From sequence record OV754623: a stretch of 64,000 nucleotides of DNA; one strand, 5' to 3'. The notes below the pieces were generated by a model. It worked only from the letters and a program-made list of their open reading frames with translations, was not told the DNA's origin and did not search any database. The DNA is from Escherichia phage UGJNEcP1. Of the stretch, positions 10,311 to 19,717 are shown piece by piece. Position 1 is the first letter of the stretch. Every line of letters starts with the position of its first letter. Position numbers and translations under genes: made by a program.

Positions 10311-12397
10311 TATCCTTGGACAAATTTAAACGGAACTGATTCTAAATCCATTAAAGATGCTAACAATTTCAAACCTTTAGGTGCACTAGTTTTTTCTACA
10401 AATGAGGAGAACGATACCGGCTCATCTGATTCGATTTCACCCGTCATAGCAACCACCTCGCCTGTTTCCATGAGAACATCACCGTCGTAAATGACAGCTT
10501 CATCTAACTGGTCTGAGGACATGACTTCAGCTTGAATAAATTTAAGGTTGGATTCTAAACCTGCACCAGTATCAGATGACGCATCTGTAATTTTATTTAT
10601 CTGCAAGAGAATGCCTCTAGGCAAAATAATTTCTTGCTCATTAGGGTGATTACTCAACTGTCCTGGATAAATCACATTAACTTTATGGGCGCCATCAATA
10701 GCCCATCCAACGTTAACACGGATTTGTTCTGGTGCATGCATAGCTGTTCTTACTTGACTAGGAGAAATAGTAACACCTTCGTCATTATTGTCAATGTTAA
10801 GCTCTTTGCGAACTTCTTCAGGAGCAAGTCCAAGGGCAACGTTCTCTTTAAACCCACCGAAAATAATAGGAGCTAGTGAAGTGGAAACATAGTTTCTGAA
10901 ATAGAATACCTTATTTTTAACCATTGCTTCGTAAATAGGCATTCTGATAGACTGAGCTCTATATAACGTTAGTCCTTCAGGTAAACGGTCTCCATTTAAA
11001 AACGCCGAATCAAGACCATCAATAGCGCGTTTAACTTCATCTTCATCTGCAACATCGTAAAAATCTGGTTTATAACGACCTAACAACATATTATTGATAT
11101 CTATATATGCAGAAGAGGCATATTCACGAATAGCTCGTTTTTCAGCAACAGAGTATTGTTTAGGGTCCCGATTCATTGTTATATTAAAGGTGCCTCTAGC
11201 CGATTCTCGTGCATAAGTATACATCACATTAGACAAGAACGCTGATTTACGTTGTTTCCAAGTTCTTTCAGATACTTCAGCTAAAACGTCGTCAGGCAGT
11301 TGGAAATTATCACGTCTAAAATCTTCAAACCATTCGTCTTTAATAGAGTCTGCAATTTCATTTGCAGCTTCAACAAAAGCAGCTAATGCTTTAACAGATG
11401 TTGTTTTTTCGGTTTTAATTTTCTTAGCAAACTTTTCTAAAGTCGGCTTAATAACACTACCATAAGAAACTTCATCAGCAAATTTAAAGGATTCATCAAT
11501 ACGATTATAAATCTTATTTTCGATATCAGCAACTAAAGTGCCTTTTGCTGTGGACGATGCTTGGGCTAGTACGATTTCATATGCTTCAGGAAGTAATTCG
11601 GCTGTAGCCGGGCCACTAACTTCTTTAGCAGAATTTTCGTATTTCTGGAATAACTCACCTTCTTGTCGGTCAGCTTCTAAAGATTGACTTGCTGCAATAG
11701 CACGACGAGAAATTTTGGTGCGAGCAATAACAGGCTTATCTTTACGTTTTTCTTCTACCGCGGCAATAGAACCAGCGATAGCCGTTTCTTTGGTGACCTT
11801 TTCACCGGTCTTTTTACTCACATAAACTTCGCCAACATCAGAATCTACTTTCGTGTACAACTCTGTGTTAATGTTAGGGATGCCTTTAATATCTTCAATG
11901 TTGGCATTTTTACGAACCATCATCACATAGGTGTGTTTACCTGTGAATTGATACATTGCCGACAATACTTTAAAACGACCACCGGTTTTAGTAGAAACTA
12001 AACGAGCAAGAAGAGTTTGAAGCTGTTGTCCACGTCCTTTCAATTTCTTGGTAGGGAATCGGAACAGAACTGCATCCATACGAAGAGCTTTAACTTGTTC
12101 ATATACTGTATTGAAAATGGTGTTGATTGCATCAATAGGAGCAGGACCAAGGCCATTTTTCAATTCAGCGAGATTACCCTTTTCAGACAGACTCATAATA
12201 ACAACATGAGCGTATTTGTCGCCAAGTTTAACTTGTTTTACAGCGTCGCCTTCGGAAAGGTAAGAGAATAAACGAACTACGATGTTTGTATCGATATCAC
12301 CAATTTTCCAGACTTGTGGAACTTTAGCTTTAGGGTTCAAATTGACGACAGGAAGACTGCCTTCAGATTCAAACACTTCATTTAATTGTTCAGACAT
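10310..12397 (-). CDS. alt: ADP-ribosyltransferase Alt (packaged, modifies host RNA polymerase)
   Basis: 695 aa (T4 Alt 682 aa); position between gene 54 and DNA ligase; late-promoter-like ATAAATA upstream. Confidence 0.75.
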   Translation of the reverse strand: MSEQLNEVFESEGSLPVVNLNPKAKVPQVWKIGDIDTNIVVRLFSYLSEGDAVKQVKLGDKYAHVVIMSLSEKGNLAELKNGLGPAPIDAINTIFNTVYEQVKALRMDAVLFRFPTKKLKGRGQQLQTLLARLVSTKTGGRFKVLSAMYQFTGKHTYVMMVRKNANIEDIKGIPNINTELYTKVDSDVGEVYVSKKTGEKVTKETAIAGSIAAVEEKRKDKPVIARTKISRRAIAASQSLEADRQEGELFQKYENSAKEVSGPATAELLPEAYEIVLAQASSTAKGTLVADIENKIYNRIDESFKFADEVSYGSVIKPTLEKFAKKIKTEKTTSVKALAAFVEAANEIADSIKDEWFEDFRRDNFQLPDDVLAEVSERTWKQRKSAFLSNVMYTYARESARGTFNITMNRDPKQYSVAEKRAIREYASSAYIDINNMLLGRYKPDFYDVADEDEVKRAIDGLDSAFLNGDRLPEGLTLYRAQSIRMPIYEAMVKNKVFYFRNYVSTSLAPIIFGGFKENVALGLAPEEVRKELNIDNNDEGVTISPSQVRTAMHAPEQIRVNVGWAIDGAHKVNVIYPGQLSNHPNEQEIILPRGILLQINKITDASSDTGAGLESNLKFIQAEVMSSDQLDEAVIYDGDVLMETGEVVAMTGEIESDEPVSFSSFVEKTSAPKGLKLLASLMDLESVPFKFVQG

Positions 12398-12437
12398 AGT
12401 GTTTTCCTTTTAGTAATAATTTATATTTATGCCAAAA

Positions 12438-12453
12438 AGAGCCCGAAGGCTCT
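12438..12453 (-). terminator. intrinsic terminator (AGAGCC-UUCG-GGCUCU plus U-run)
   Basis: Tetraloop hairpin followed by TTTTT on the minus strand, between the ligase-region genes and alt. Confidence 0.55.
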
Positions 12454-12641
12454 TAATCCACAATCGGGAGCAAAGTACGATAAACTTCAAAATTAGGGCC
12501 TTTTTCGTACCCATTAACGTTATCTACGAAAACCCGATACGAATTTTCATTAGGAAAATCTAATATAATCTGAGAGCAAGAGGTGGAAACATCTCCACCA
12601 TCCTTCTTAGCTACAATAACTGTTTCTAAATAAGCTTTCAT
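12453..12641 (-). CDS. hypothetical small protein
   Basis: ORF 12453..12662 trimmed to Met 8, whose ATG overlaps the ligase stop (TAATG). Confidence 0.4.
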   Translation of the reverse strand: MKAYLETVIVAKKDGGDVSTSCSQIILDFPNENSYRVFVDNVNGYEKGPNFEVYRTLLPIVD

Positions 12642-14134
12642 TATAAACCTGTCTGGGACCACGGTCCAAATACGTCTTCAAATGAATCCGCTTCTGTTTT
12701 ATCAAAACGGAACCCTTTAATAATTGGAAGGAAAATACCTACAGTACCTTCACGGCCTTTAGAATGAACCCAACCATTACATTCACAATCAGCGATACGT
12801 CCAATTAATTTACCTTCACGAGCTTCGGTCATTAATCGTTCACGGTCTAAATCATGACGCTCGTCTAAAGGAATAAGAACCTTTACACCGTCAACTGTTT
12901 TATGAGTTGTATCTTTAAAACCTGAACCACAATCAGTTGTAATACGACGACAACGTGATACGAGTTCGACACCACCTAATTTGTTAGGGTCTTTAGAGTG
13001 TTCATAGTATCCTACAACTTCTAAAGCGATATCAATAACTTCTTTAAATTTAATTAGGTTCTTAGAGCGTTTGTTTTCCCAATATGAATCACGGTTTTTA
13101 AGGATAATACCTTCAAGACCTTGGTCAACATATTTTTTATAAACCACTTTAGCTTCGTCAAGATTACGAACTAACTGATTTTCAATTGGTTCAATTCGCT
13201 TAAAGCCTTCAGCCATATTTTCAAGAGCAGCAAAACGAACATCATATTTCTGACCTTTAATTTTGCCATCAGAATAGACTTCATCTAAAGGAACATAGTC
13301 CCAGGCTTGAAGAACCATACCTTCCGCTTCTTTAGGAGAAATAGTCCCTTGAAGAGATTTATTTGCTAAACCATTTGAAGTGCTACGGTCTGCAACTTGT
13401 ACTTCTTCGGATTCTTCATTATCGCCAAATAAGAACGACAGGTCATTTCCTGAGCTCACAGCCTTTTTAATATCAAATGAATGATAAACTAATTCACCGT
13501 CGATTAAAACCCCATTAGGGTGTCTTTCACGAGCTTCTTTAGTCATTTCCATTAGTTCATCTGCTAATAGGGTAAGACCATGGTATTCATTACCAGCACG
13601 AGAAAAGAATTGAACACCATCATCGCGAACTTCAGCGAAACAACGAGCACCATCTGCCTTTAATTGAGCAAATGCAGGCCATTTAATATTTTTAGTAATC
13701 AATTTCTCGTCATATGCAGATGCTAACATCTGTGGTTGCAATTGAATAAGTCCAGGCCACACCTTATTCGCAATAGACACTGAAGCACCTACTTCAAGGT
13801 CGCGCATCATTACACGACGAAGGACTTCTACATCATCAGGTTTACCGTCAGCGATATAACCCATGAGCTCTTTAATTGCCGCGTTACCAGTGAGTTTACG
13901 AGTGGCTAATGTGAACTCAATAAAATCCAACATGTCATCTAATTCAAGAAGACCATATGCTTGAGACCTTTCACCTGGTCCCGGCCATTTCTTAATATAA
14001 TACTGGATACCACGTGCATATGTTAAACGATACACACGTTCAAGTAATTTGTTGTCCTTATTTTTCTTAAGGATTTCTTGTTTTGTTTTAGTAGAACCGA
14101 TCGCAGCTATTTGGTTTAAAATATCTAAAATCAT
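12641..14134 (-). CDS. 30: ATP-dependent DNA ligase
   Basis: 497 aa; long near-identical stretches to T4 DNA ligase (YAFAQLKADGARCFAEV with the active-site Lys motif). Confidence 0.95.
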   Translation of the reverse strand: MILDILNQIAAIGSTKTKQEILKKNKDNKLLERVYRLTYARGIQYYIKKWPGPGERSQAYGLLELDDMLDFIEFTLATRKLTGNAAIKELMGYIADGKPDDVEVLRRVMMRDLEVGASVSIANKVWPGLIQLQPQMLASAYDEKLITKNIKWPAFAQLKADGARCFAEVRDDGVQFFSRAGNEYHGLTLLADELMEMTKEARERHPNGVLIDGELVYHSFDIKKAVSSGNDLSFLFGDNEESEEVQVADRSTSNGLANKSLQGTISPKEAEGMVLQAWDYVPLDEVYSDGKIKGQKYDVRFAALENMAEGFKRIEPIENQLVRNLDEAKVVYKKYVDQGLEGIILKNRDSYWENKRSKNLIKFKEVIDIALEVVGYYEHSKDPNKLGGVELVSRCRRITTDCGSGFKDTTHKTVDGVKVLIPLDERHDLDRERLMTEAREGKLIGRIADCECNGWVHSKGREGTVGIFLPIIKGFRFDKTEADSFEDVFGPWSQTGL

Positions 14135-14400
14135 TTGATGTCCTCGATTTTGGTTACGGTTCTATTATAAGCCACTTCATCTAGAAGCGATTTCAGCGTT
14201 TTCTGATAAGTGGTAATCCATTTACCGAGTCCTTCAACATAGTATTCTGAAATGTAGATGAACCCTTGTTCAACACACTCTTTAAATATTTCTGCGTCTT
14301 TTACTGAACGAAACAACGGCCAGTCTCGAAAGAACATGTTAACATGACCGTAGTCACGTGTGGTGTTTTTGCCATCTGTAATATCATGAACTACAAACAT
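14131..14400 (-). CDS. hypothetical protein (30.1 position)
   Basis: ORF track; ATGA overlap with the ligase start. Confidence 0.55.
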   Translation of the reverse strand: MFVVHDITDGKNTTRDYGHVNMFFRDWPLFRSVKDAEIFKECVEQGFIYISEYYVEGLGKWITTYQKTLKSLLDEVAYNRTVTKIEDIK

Positions 14401-14409
14401 AATTAACCC

Positions 14410-15234
14410 TTAACAATTTATAGACCAAGTCCATTTAGACGAATCTAAAGGAAAGTTTTGAATCGTCCACCACGGCTGCATATCAGTTGGTCCTGGGGTT
14501 CGCCAGGTATATGGAGTACGTGTTGTCGAGGGGCCACCAATTTGATTAGGCCATGCACCTGGACTTGTTGCACCAGATTCTTTAAGCAAATCCGCCAATC
14601 GTTTTAAAAGGTCTTCACGATCTGAATCTGAATTATTCTTAGGCAGAACCAAACGAGATTCAATATCATCCCACGTGTGTACACGTTGTGCAGTACGAGG
14701 AATGGCATCACGTTCACCACGAGCCAACCAATAAATCGGTACATTAAGAATTTCTGCCGCATGGTCACAATGATGAGCTAAATCGTCAACGTAACAAATT
14801 ACGTTATATTTTGTTTTAGCTAGTTCGAATAATTGTTCCTTTGAAGAATCATGACCACACATCATTACTTCAGAAAAAGCGCCTGGGAACAAAGCATTCA
14901 AATTAAATTGTCTATTCAATCGAGCATCAATTGAATCACCTAGCGCCGTCACGGCTACAAAATTATAGTCTTCTTTTAGTTTATTGATAACTCGAAGAGC
15001 ATCCGAATAAGGCGCTAAGTAACGAATAAAATCAGAGCGATTATATTTTTCTATTAATTGTTTACCAAGGTTATCGTCGGTATTGAACAGTTTACCAGGA
15101 GAAATAAATTTTTCGTCCTGAATCATTTTTAAAATATGTTCTAATGGAAGATTATATTTTTGGGCAAAATAAGGAAGTCCAGATTGCCAGCTTAAACATA
15201 CACCATCAATATCAGTCAAAATAGTAGGCTTCAT
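14410..15234 (-). CDS. conserved protein (30.2 position) with N-terminal HAD-like DxDG motif
   Basis: 274 aa; N-terminus ILTDIDGVCL resembles HAD motif I. Confidence 0.55.
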   Translation of the reverse strand: MKPTILTDIDGVCLSWQSGLPYFAQKYNLPLEHILKMIQDEKFISPGKLFNTDDNLGKQLIEKYNRSDFIRYLAPYSDALRVINKLKEDYNFVAVTALGDSIDARLNRQFNLNALFPGAFSEVMMCGHDSSKEQLFELAKTKYNVICYVDDLAHHCDHAAEILNVPIYWLARGERDAIPRTAQRVHTWDDIESRLVLPKNNSDSDREDLLKRLADLLKESGATSPGAWPNQIGGPSTTRTPYTWRTPGPTDMQPWWTIQNFPLDSSKWTWSINC

Positions 15235-15689
15235 AAAGAGTCTCTTAATAGGTTTAACACATCAATAAATTCAGCTTCAGTTAATATTGTATCATCTTTT
15301 GTTAGGTGGCTGGCCATGCTGTGCTTCAAAATTTTTCCTTTAGAGGCTTGTAAGGCATCGCGAAACCCCTTGTTTTGGATCGCTGCTTCAAAATATGCAT
15401 TTGTATATAATTCTTTCCATGCTTCAGAGTATCTTGAAAATGGAACTCCTAACCAGAAGAGAGTCCCATGGTCCTGAGCTCTTGCATAAGACCTTCCAGC
15501 TTGCTGTGCGGCCAGTCCTGACAGCCCAAATATACGTCTTTGTTGTTCAACATTTTTCACCTTACATCCTTGGAGAAATCCTTCAAGACCTCCGAATTGA
15601 ATACCATCCATAACGAAAGGCCATTGAGCAAAGTTACTTAATGCACATGACGGCCACTTGAAATTACTTCTTATTTCTAATTCAGACAT
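15231..15689 (-). CDS. NADAR/YbiA-like (DUF1768-type) protein (30.3 position)
   Basis: ORF 15231..15698 trimmed to the first ATG (Met 4); motif LSNF..PF..DG..F...E..LQ..K matches the YbiA/NADAR signature. Confidence 0.5.
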   Translation of the reverse strand: MSELEIRSNFKWPSCALSNFAQWPFVMDGIQFGGLEGFLQGCKVKNVEQQRRIFGLSGLAAQQAGRSYARAQDHGTLFWLGVPFSRYSEAWKELYTNAYFEAAIQNKGFRDALQASKGKILKHSMASHLTKDDTILTEAEFIDVLNLLRDSL

Positions 15690-15900
15690 CTTTAACACTT
15701 ATAATTTCAACATCAGCCCAATGACCGTATCCAGGTATACGGTCTTCGATAGATAAATTTCCGTCATTTTTAGGCATTTTAATTGACGTAACGTATGGTT
15801 CTAAACGGTTTTCTGCATAATACGGAAAAACGTCTGTTACACGATAAGTAACTTCAATCATTTCCGTACCAAACAATTTCTGGATTAATTTATTCAACAT
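15682..15900 (-). CDS. hypothetical protein
   Basis: ORF track; tight minus-strand array. Confidence 0.45.
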   Translation of the reverse strand: MLNKLIQKLFGTEMIEVTYRVTDVFPYYAENRLEPYVTSIKMPKNDGNLSIEDRIPGYGHWADVEIISVKDV

Positions 15901-16087
15901 GTTTCAACCCTTTAATAGGAGATAACTCTTTACCCATACGTATGTCAGAAGTCCAATCAACCCATTGAACAGCATACGCTTCATTGATAATTCCAGCGGC
16001 GGTTTTAAATTCAGGGAGAACTTTAAAAATCACCCCAGGAATTCCAACACCTTTTAATTGGACTGTTTGTGCTATTAAAAATTTCAT
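15890..16087 (-). CDS. hypothetical protein
   Basis: ORF track; promoter-like element upstream. Confidence 0.45.
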   Translation of the reverse strand: MKFLIAQTVQLKGVGIPGVIFKVLPEFKTAAGIINEAYAVQWVDWTSDIRMGKELSPIKGLKHVE

Positions 16088-16111
16088 ATTTTTCCACTTA
16101 CTAAAGAAATC

Positions 16112-16142
16112 ATTATACTCTAATCCGTCCTTGGATATAAAC
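16112..16142 (-). promoter_or_regulatory. possible early-type promoter (GTTTAT-N19-TATAAT)
   Basis: Upstream of the ORF starting at 16087; non-ideal spacer. Confidence 0.3.
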
Positions 16143-16756
16143 TACTTAATGAAATTAATTTCTACTGGATGAACAACAGGTTGAGCAGTGATATATTGAG
16201 TAATCGCTTTCATGACCAAAGCTTCAGAACCAGGATTTTTCTCAACGAATTCACGTGCTCGGTTATGAGCTTCGAGTTCACTCAATAAACCGGAACGCTG
16301 GCATCCACGGTCTTGAGTACCCTGTTCAGATAAAAGGACTACTACATATTTTTCATCGTCGTAGGGCTTAGCCAGTTGAGCAAATGTTCCTTTACTTCCA
16401 AAAGGAGAGTTATGACGCCACATCACACCGTGAGGAGTTTCAACCTTCGTATATTCGTGTGGGCCATTTTTCTTAGTTTCTTGCTGTGGAACTTCATAGA
16501 CCTTAGGGTTAGGACATTCAATAAAATGCTCATCTAAATCGGTCGAGAATATTAAAGTAAAACAATGTCTGAATTTACCAACACCTGCCTGATAAATTTT
16601 ACCTTCAGAAGTTCTAATTTCACAAACCGAGCCAGCATCAGTAACTTCTAAAACTTCAAAAGGCTCGATAAGGTCATATGAGAACATGTTTTTAAGGCGT
16701 GGAGTAATATCCCCATTTTTAAAATTCATTTTATAAAAAGTATTAACTTTAAACAT
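16142..16756 (-). CDS. hypothetical protein
   Basis: 204-aa ORF; tetraloop hairpin then GAGGAAA SD before the ATG. Confidence 0.55.
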   Translation of the reverse strand: MFKVNTFYKMNFKNGDITPRLKNMFSYDLIEPFEVLEVTDAGSVCEIRTSEGKIYQAGVGKFRHCFTLIFSTDLDEHFIECPNPKVYEVPQQETKKNGPHEYTKVETPHGVMWRHNSPFGSKGTFAQLAKPYDDEKYVVVLLSEQGTQDRGCQRSGLLSELEAHNRAREFVEKNPGSEALVMKAITQYITAQPVVHPVEINFIK

Positions 16757-16768
16757 AATTTCCTCAGT

Positions 16769-16784
16769 GGGAGCCGAAGCTCCC
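16769..16784 (-). terminator. tetraloop hairpin GGGAGC-UUCG-GCUCCC (terminator or leader stability element)
   Basis: Between the ORFs at 16792 and 16756; no U-run; directly precedes the SD. Confidence 0.35.
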
Positions 16785-16791
16785 AGTTAAA

Positions 16792-17157
16792 TTAGATATC
16801 GAATTCGTTCAGAACTACATCAAAGATTGCTTCCAGGTGTTCAGGTTTAGCTCGGTTACTCAGGATATGACGAATCCAAGTTTTAACCAGAAGTTTACGA
16901 TTAACACCGTTCCAGCAAGGATGAGTACCTAAATCACGCTGACGGAAATCATCATCTAATGCAATTTTAAAATTTGAACCTTCCATCGTGATTGAAACCG
17001 TGATGCCATTTTCAAATCGCATATAAACATAATTAGGAGTCATGCACTGTTCGATTTCACAAACTGTACCGTTTTCATGTTTCCATAAGCAAATAACTTC
17101 AGAAGAACCAGCGATACCGTTAGAAACATATTTACGTTCGAAGTTGATGTAGTTCAT
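16792..17157 (-). CDS. hypothetical protein
   Basis: ORF track; own early-type promoter at 17199..17227. Confidence 0.55.
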   Translation of the reverse strand: MNYINFERKYVSNGIAGSSEVICLWKHENGTVCEIEQCMTPNYVYMRFENGITVSITMEGSNFKIALDDDFRQRDLGTHPCWNGVNRKLLVKTWIRHILSNRAKPEHLEAIFDVVLNEFDI

Positions 17158-17198
17158 TTTATTCTCCAGATGTTTAAGTTGTTTGTTGGTACAGGTCT

Positions 17199-17227
17199 AT
17201 AATAACATAACCTGTACCAAAGTAAAC
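17199..17227 (-). promoter_or_regulatory. T4 early-type promoter (GTTTAC-N17-TATTAT)
   Basis: Upstream of the ORF starting at 17157; -10 sits between inverted repeats GGTACAGGT / ACCTGTACC. Confidence 0.55.
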
Positions 17228-17231
17228 TGTT

Positions 17232-17600
17232 TTATGCAACTTTAATCCAATTGTCTAAATTTAAAACACCTTTGGCTTTCATTTTTTCGATCAGGTTATC
17301 TGCTGTAATGCGTCCATTTTGATACCATGTAACATCTTCAGAGTAACCAGTTTCTTCGTCAACATATGTTTCTGAACGAATTTTACCGGTAATAATAGTT
17401 TTTAATTCGTATGTGTCACCTGTGAAAAAGTTTGCTAACACAATTTTCCAAGAGAAATCATCTGAAGGACCTTCAGGGGTCATACAACCTACGAACTCAA
17501 ATTGCTCTTTGTATAACATCCACTGGAATTCTTTAATTTCGATAGCTTTATAACCATCGTGGTCTTTACATTTGATGTATGAGTTCAGATTGATTTTCAT
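17232..17600 (-). CDS. hypothetical protein
   Basis: ORF track; own early-type promoter at 17643..17671. Confidence 0.55.
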   Translation of the reverse strand: MKINLNSYIKCKDHDGYKAIEIKEFQWMLYKEQFEFVGCMTPEGPSDDFSWKIVLANFFTGDTYELKTIITGKIRSETYVDEETGYSEDVTWYQNGRITADNLIEKMKAKGVLNLDNWIKVA

Positions 17601-17642
17601 TTTGTTCTCCGGTTTGTTTTATCGATTAGGTGGTACAAGTCT

Positions 17643-17671
17643 ATAGTAACACATCCTACAGGAGAGTAAAC
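17643..17671 (-). promoter_or_regulatory. T4 early-type promoter (GTTTAC-N17-TACTAT)
   Basis: Upstream of the ORF starting at 17600. Confidence 0.55.
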
Positions 17672-17707
17672 ATCTTTTTAAACTTTTTCTGCCCTAAACG
17701 CACAAAA

Positions 17708-17725
17708 GGGAGACCGAAGTCTCCC
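17708..17725 (-). terminator. intrinsic terminator (GGGAGAC-UUCG-GUCUCCC plus U-run)
   Basis: 7-bp GC-rich stem, UUCG loop, TTTT downstream on the minus strand. Confidence 0.6.
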
Positions 17726-17730
17726 TAAAA

Positions 17731-17910
17731 TTATGCAATAACCTTTCCAAAACGAGAAGCATCATCTCGAAGAACTGCACGTGCTCTGCGCATGATCTTC
17801 TCAACTGTTTGATTAATACGAGAGTTCGACCCACGCTTGTATCCAGCGCGTTTAGAGGTACCATCAACTTTCTTTTCAACTGCTTTCTTTGCTTTAGCTT
17901 GTTTTGCCAT
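17731..17910 (-). CDS. small Lys/Arg-rich protein (30.9 position), 59 aa
   Basis: Hand-translated (MAKQAKAKKAVEKK...); ends just before the hairpin plus T-run terminator at 17708..17725; below the ORF-track cutoff. Confidence 0.4.
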   Translation of the reverse strand: MAKQAKAKKAVEKKVDGTSKRAGYKRGSNSRINQTVEKIMRRARAVLRDDASRFGKVIA

Positions 17911-18074
17911 TATAAATTCTCTTTAAATGAAAATGCAGGACTTATTGACATTGCCTGCGCAAGCCCTCAAGGGGAACATAGGTTTTGGATATTTAACGAC
18001 AGGATAACCATAAACCTCGTCATCATACCAACCACGACTTAGACAGCTAACCTTTTGCTGACGCGTGATAGCAA

Positions 18075-18323
18075 TTATTTCAAAGTAATAACAAAATGAC
18101 GAACTGCTTTACGTGCGGCAGAAGCCAGAGGCTTAGCATATTTCAGTTCATCTTTTGCTTCCAGTTCAGAGGCCAAAGCTGCCTGTACCGGGTTCAGATG
18201 TTTGAAATAACGCAGGATTTCCAGTGCTTCGGCTTCAACATCAATTGACGCACCGTAGTTTTCGTGACCGTTATTCCATGCGTTGCGTTGCAGTTCAAGA
18301 GCGTGTTGTAATTGTTTAATCAT
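18075..18323 (-). CDS. rIII: rIII lysis-inhibition accessory protein
   Basis: 82 aa as T4 rIII; position next to gene 31; sequence resembles T4 rIII as recalled. Confidence 0.75.
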   Translation of the reverse strand: MIKQLQHALELQRNAWNNGHENYGASIDVEAEALEILRYFKHLNPVQAALASELEAKDELKYAKPLASAARKAVRHFVITLK

Positions 18324-18439
18324 TTTAAATTCTCAATTCGAGATAATATTTAGTAGCCACGTTCGTCTGAATTTCACCTTCTTTCGACAGGTCTCTCAGT
18401 TGTAGGCTACCGCTTAGAAGAGTGTTCTCTTCATATAGT

Positions 18440-18447
18440 TATTTATA
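18440..18447 (-). promoter_or_regulatory. late promoter TATAAATA upstream of rIII
   Basis: Exact TATAAATA on the minus strand just after the gene 31 stop; long leader to rIII. Confidence 0.35.
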
Positions 18448-18780
18448 TCACTTATAAAGACACGGAATAGCTTTATAGTGGCATGTTACGAATTTCTGTT
18501 TAATTTCTTTAGGTTGTTTAAGTCCCAAAGCCACAAATGGATGTGGAACATTTCGAATTTGTCCAACCGGTAGTGGAGTCAAATCACCGACTTCAACAAA
18601 ACCTTCAGGAACATCAGGACCTACAGAATGAACTACGCATAGTTCAGGAACTTCACCTTGAACACGTTTACCAATCACAAGTCCTGATTCGGTAACTTCT
18701 TCATCACCTGCTTGAGCGGGTTCAGAAACCAGAATAACATATTCACCAACAGCACGAATTGGGAGTTGTACTTCAGACAT
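18448..18780 (-). CDS. 31: co-chaperonin gp31 (GroES analogue for capsid folding)
   Basis: 110 aa; near-identical to T4 gp31 as recalled; MotA-box middle promoter upstream. Confidence 0.9.
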   Translation of the reverse strand: MSEVQLPIRAVGEYVILVSEPAQAGDEEVTESGLVIGKRVQGEVPELCVVHSVGPDVPEGFVEVGDLTPLPVGQIRNVPHPFVALGLKQPKEIKQKFVTCHYKAIPCLYK

Positions 18781-18810
18781 CTTATTTCCTTGTTGTTTGA
18801 CGATAGATTA

Positions 18811-18836
18811 ATAATACCATACTATTCGTAAAGCAT
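18811..18836 (-). promoter_or_regulatory. MotA-dependent middle promoter for gene 31 (MotA box ATGCTTTA, 12 nt, TATTAT)
   Basis: TGCTT-containing MotA box about 12 nt upstream of a -10 hexamer. Confidence 0.5.
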
Positions 18837-18837
18837 A

Positions 18838-19146
18838 TTACATAAGAAGCAAACGTTCTACCGGAGTACCATCAACCGAAATTACTTTATCAAGGCGGAA
18901 AGAACGCCACTGGCCTAACTTGGTATCGAATGCTCGAACTGATTCACGAGGTTCATAACGAACTTCTGTTGCCGGATTGTTATTTTCGTATTTGACTTCA
19001 AGTTCATCACGGGAGGCAAACATCGTACGAACATCACCGTTAGCCTTTTCAAATACAACACAATGAACGCCTACAGACAGAATAGTTTTAATACGTTCAC
19101 GAAGAACCATAGTTTCTTGTTCAGTTAAAATCATATTATTCACCAC
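18838..19146 (-). CDS. hypothetical protein (31.1 position)
   Basis: ORF track; synteny. Confidence 0.5.
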   Translation of the reverse strand: MVNNMILTEQETMVLRERIKTILSVGVHCVVFEKANGDVRTMFASRDELEVKYENNNPATEVRYEPRESVRAFDTKLGQWRSFRLDKVISVDGTPVERLLLM

Positions 19147-19717
19147 AAAAGTTTCGGATTTGTTCCCAATTCAGAGAACGAAGATTATTACGAGAGTACT
19201 GAATTACTTCAATACCAGCTTGTTTAAGAATGTCTGCCCAATTTTCAGGAGATCGGTCATATAATTCTGCATATACAACCTTTTTAATACCTGACTGTGT
19301 AATAGCTTTAGTGCAATCAGGACATGGAGAAAGTGTCGTATACAACGTAGCACCTTCAATAGAATTACCTTTACGAGCTGCAAACAAAATTGCATTCAGT
19401 TCCGCATGGATTTCGTTATTGGCAGACCATGCACTATGAGCAGCCCGATGTTCTTTAGCCAAAACAAAATTATCGGCCCGTCCAAATGCTGTAGTGCCTT
19501 CTTTATGCCCAGCAACGATGACTGGGATTGGTTTATTCTTCAACCAACCATTTTCAGATGCATGTTCGCAACAGTTAACGCCACCTGCAGGTGAACCGTT
19601 ATACCCAGTAGAAATAATGCGCCCATCTTTTTCAATGACTGCGCCAACTTTCCATGAACAACATTTTGATTCTTGAGAAATCAGATATGCAATCTGAAGG
19701 TATGTGCTAGCTTTCAT
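19136..19717 (-). CDS. cd: dCMP deaminase
   Basis: 193 aa as T4 Cd; zinc motifs HAE (HAELNAI) and PCxxC (SPCPDCTKAI). Confidence 0.9.
   Translation of the reverse strand: MKASTYLQIAYLISQESKCCSWKVGAVIEKDGRIISTGYNGSPAGGVNCCEHASENGWLKNKPIPVIVAGHKEGTTAFGRADNFVLAKEHRAAHSAWSANNEIHAELNAILFAARKGNSIEGATLYTTLSPCPDCTKAITQSGIKKVVYAELYDRSPENWADILKQAGIEVIQYSRNNLRSLNWEQIRNFCGE

Noticed and set aside
17694-17879. 61-aa minus ORF from the track
   Set aside because: Reads through the terminator hairpin at 17708..17725; the alternative frame (17731..17910) ends before the hairpin and has a plausible start.
18405-18430. Hairpin GAAGAG-aaca-CUCUUC in the rIII leader
   Set aside because: No U-tract and no obvious role; could be a processing or stability element but evidence is insufficient.
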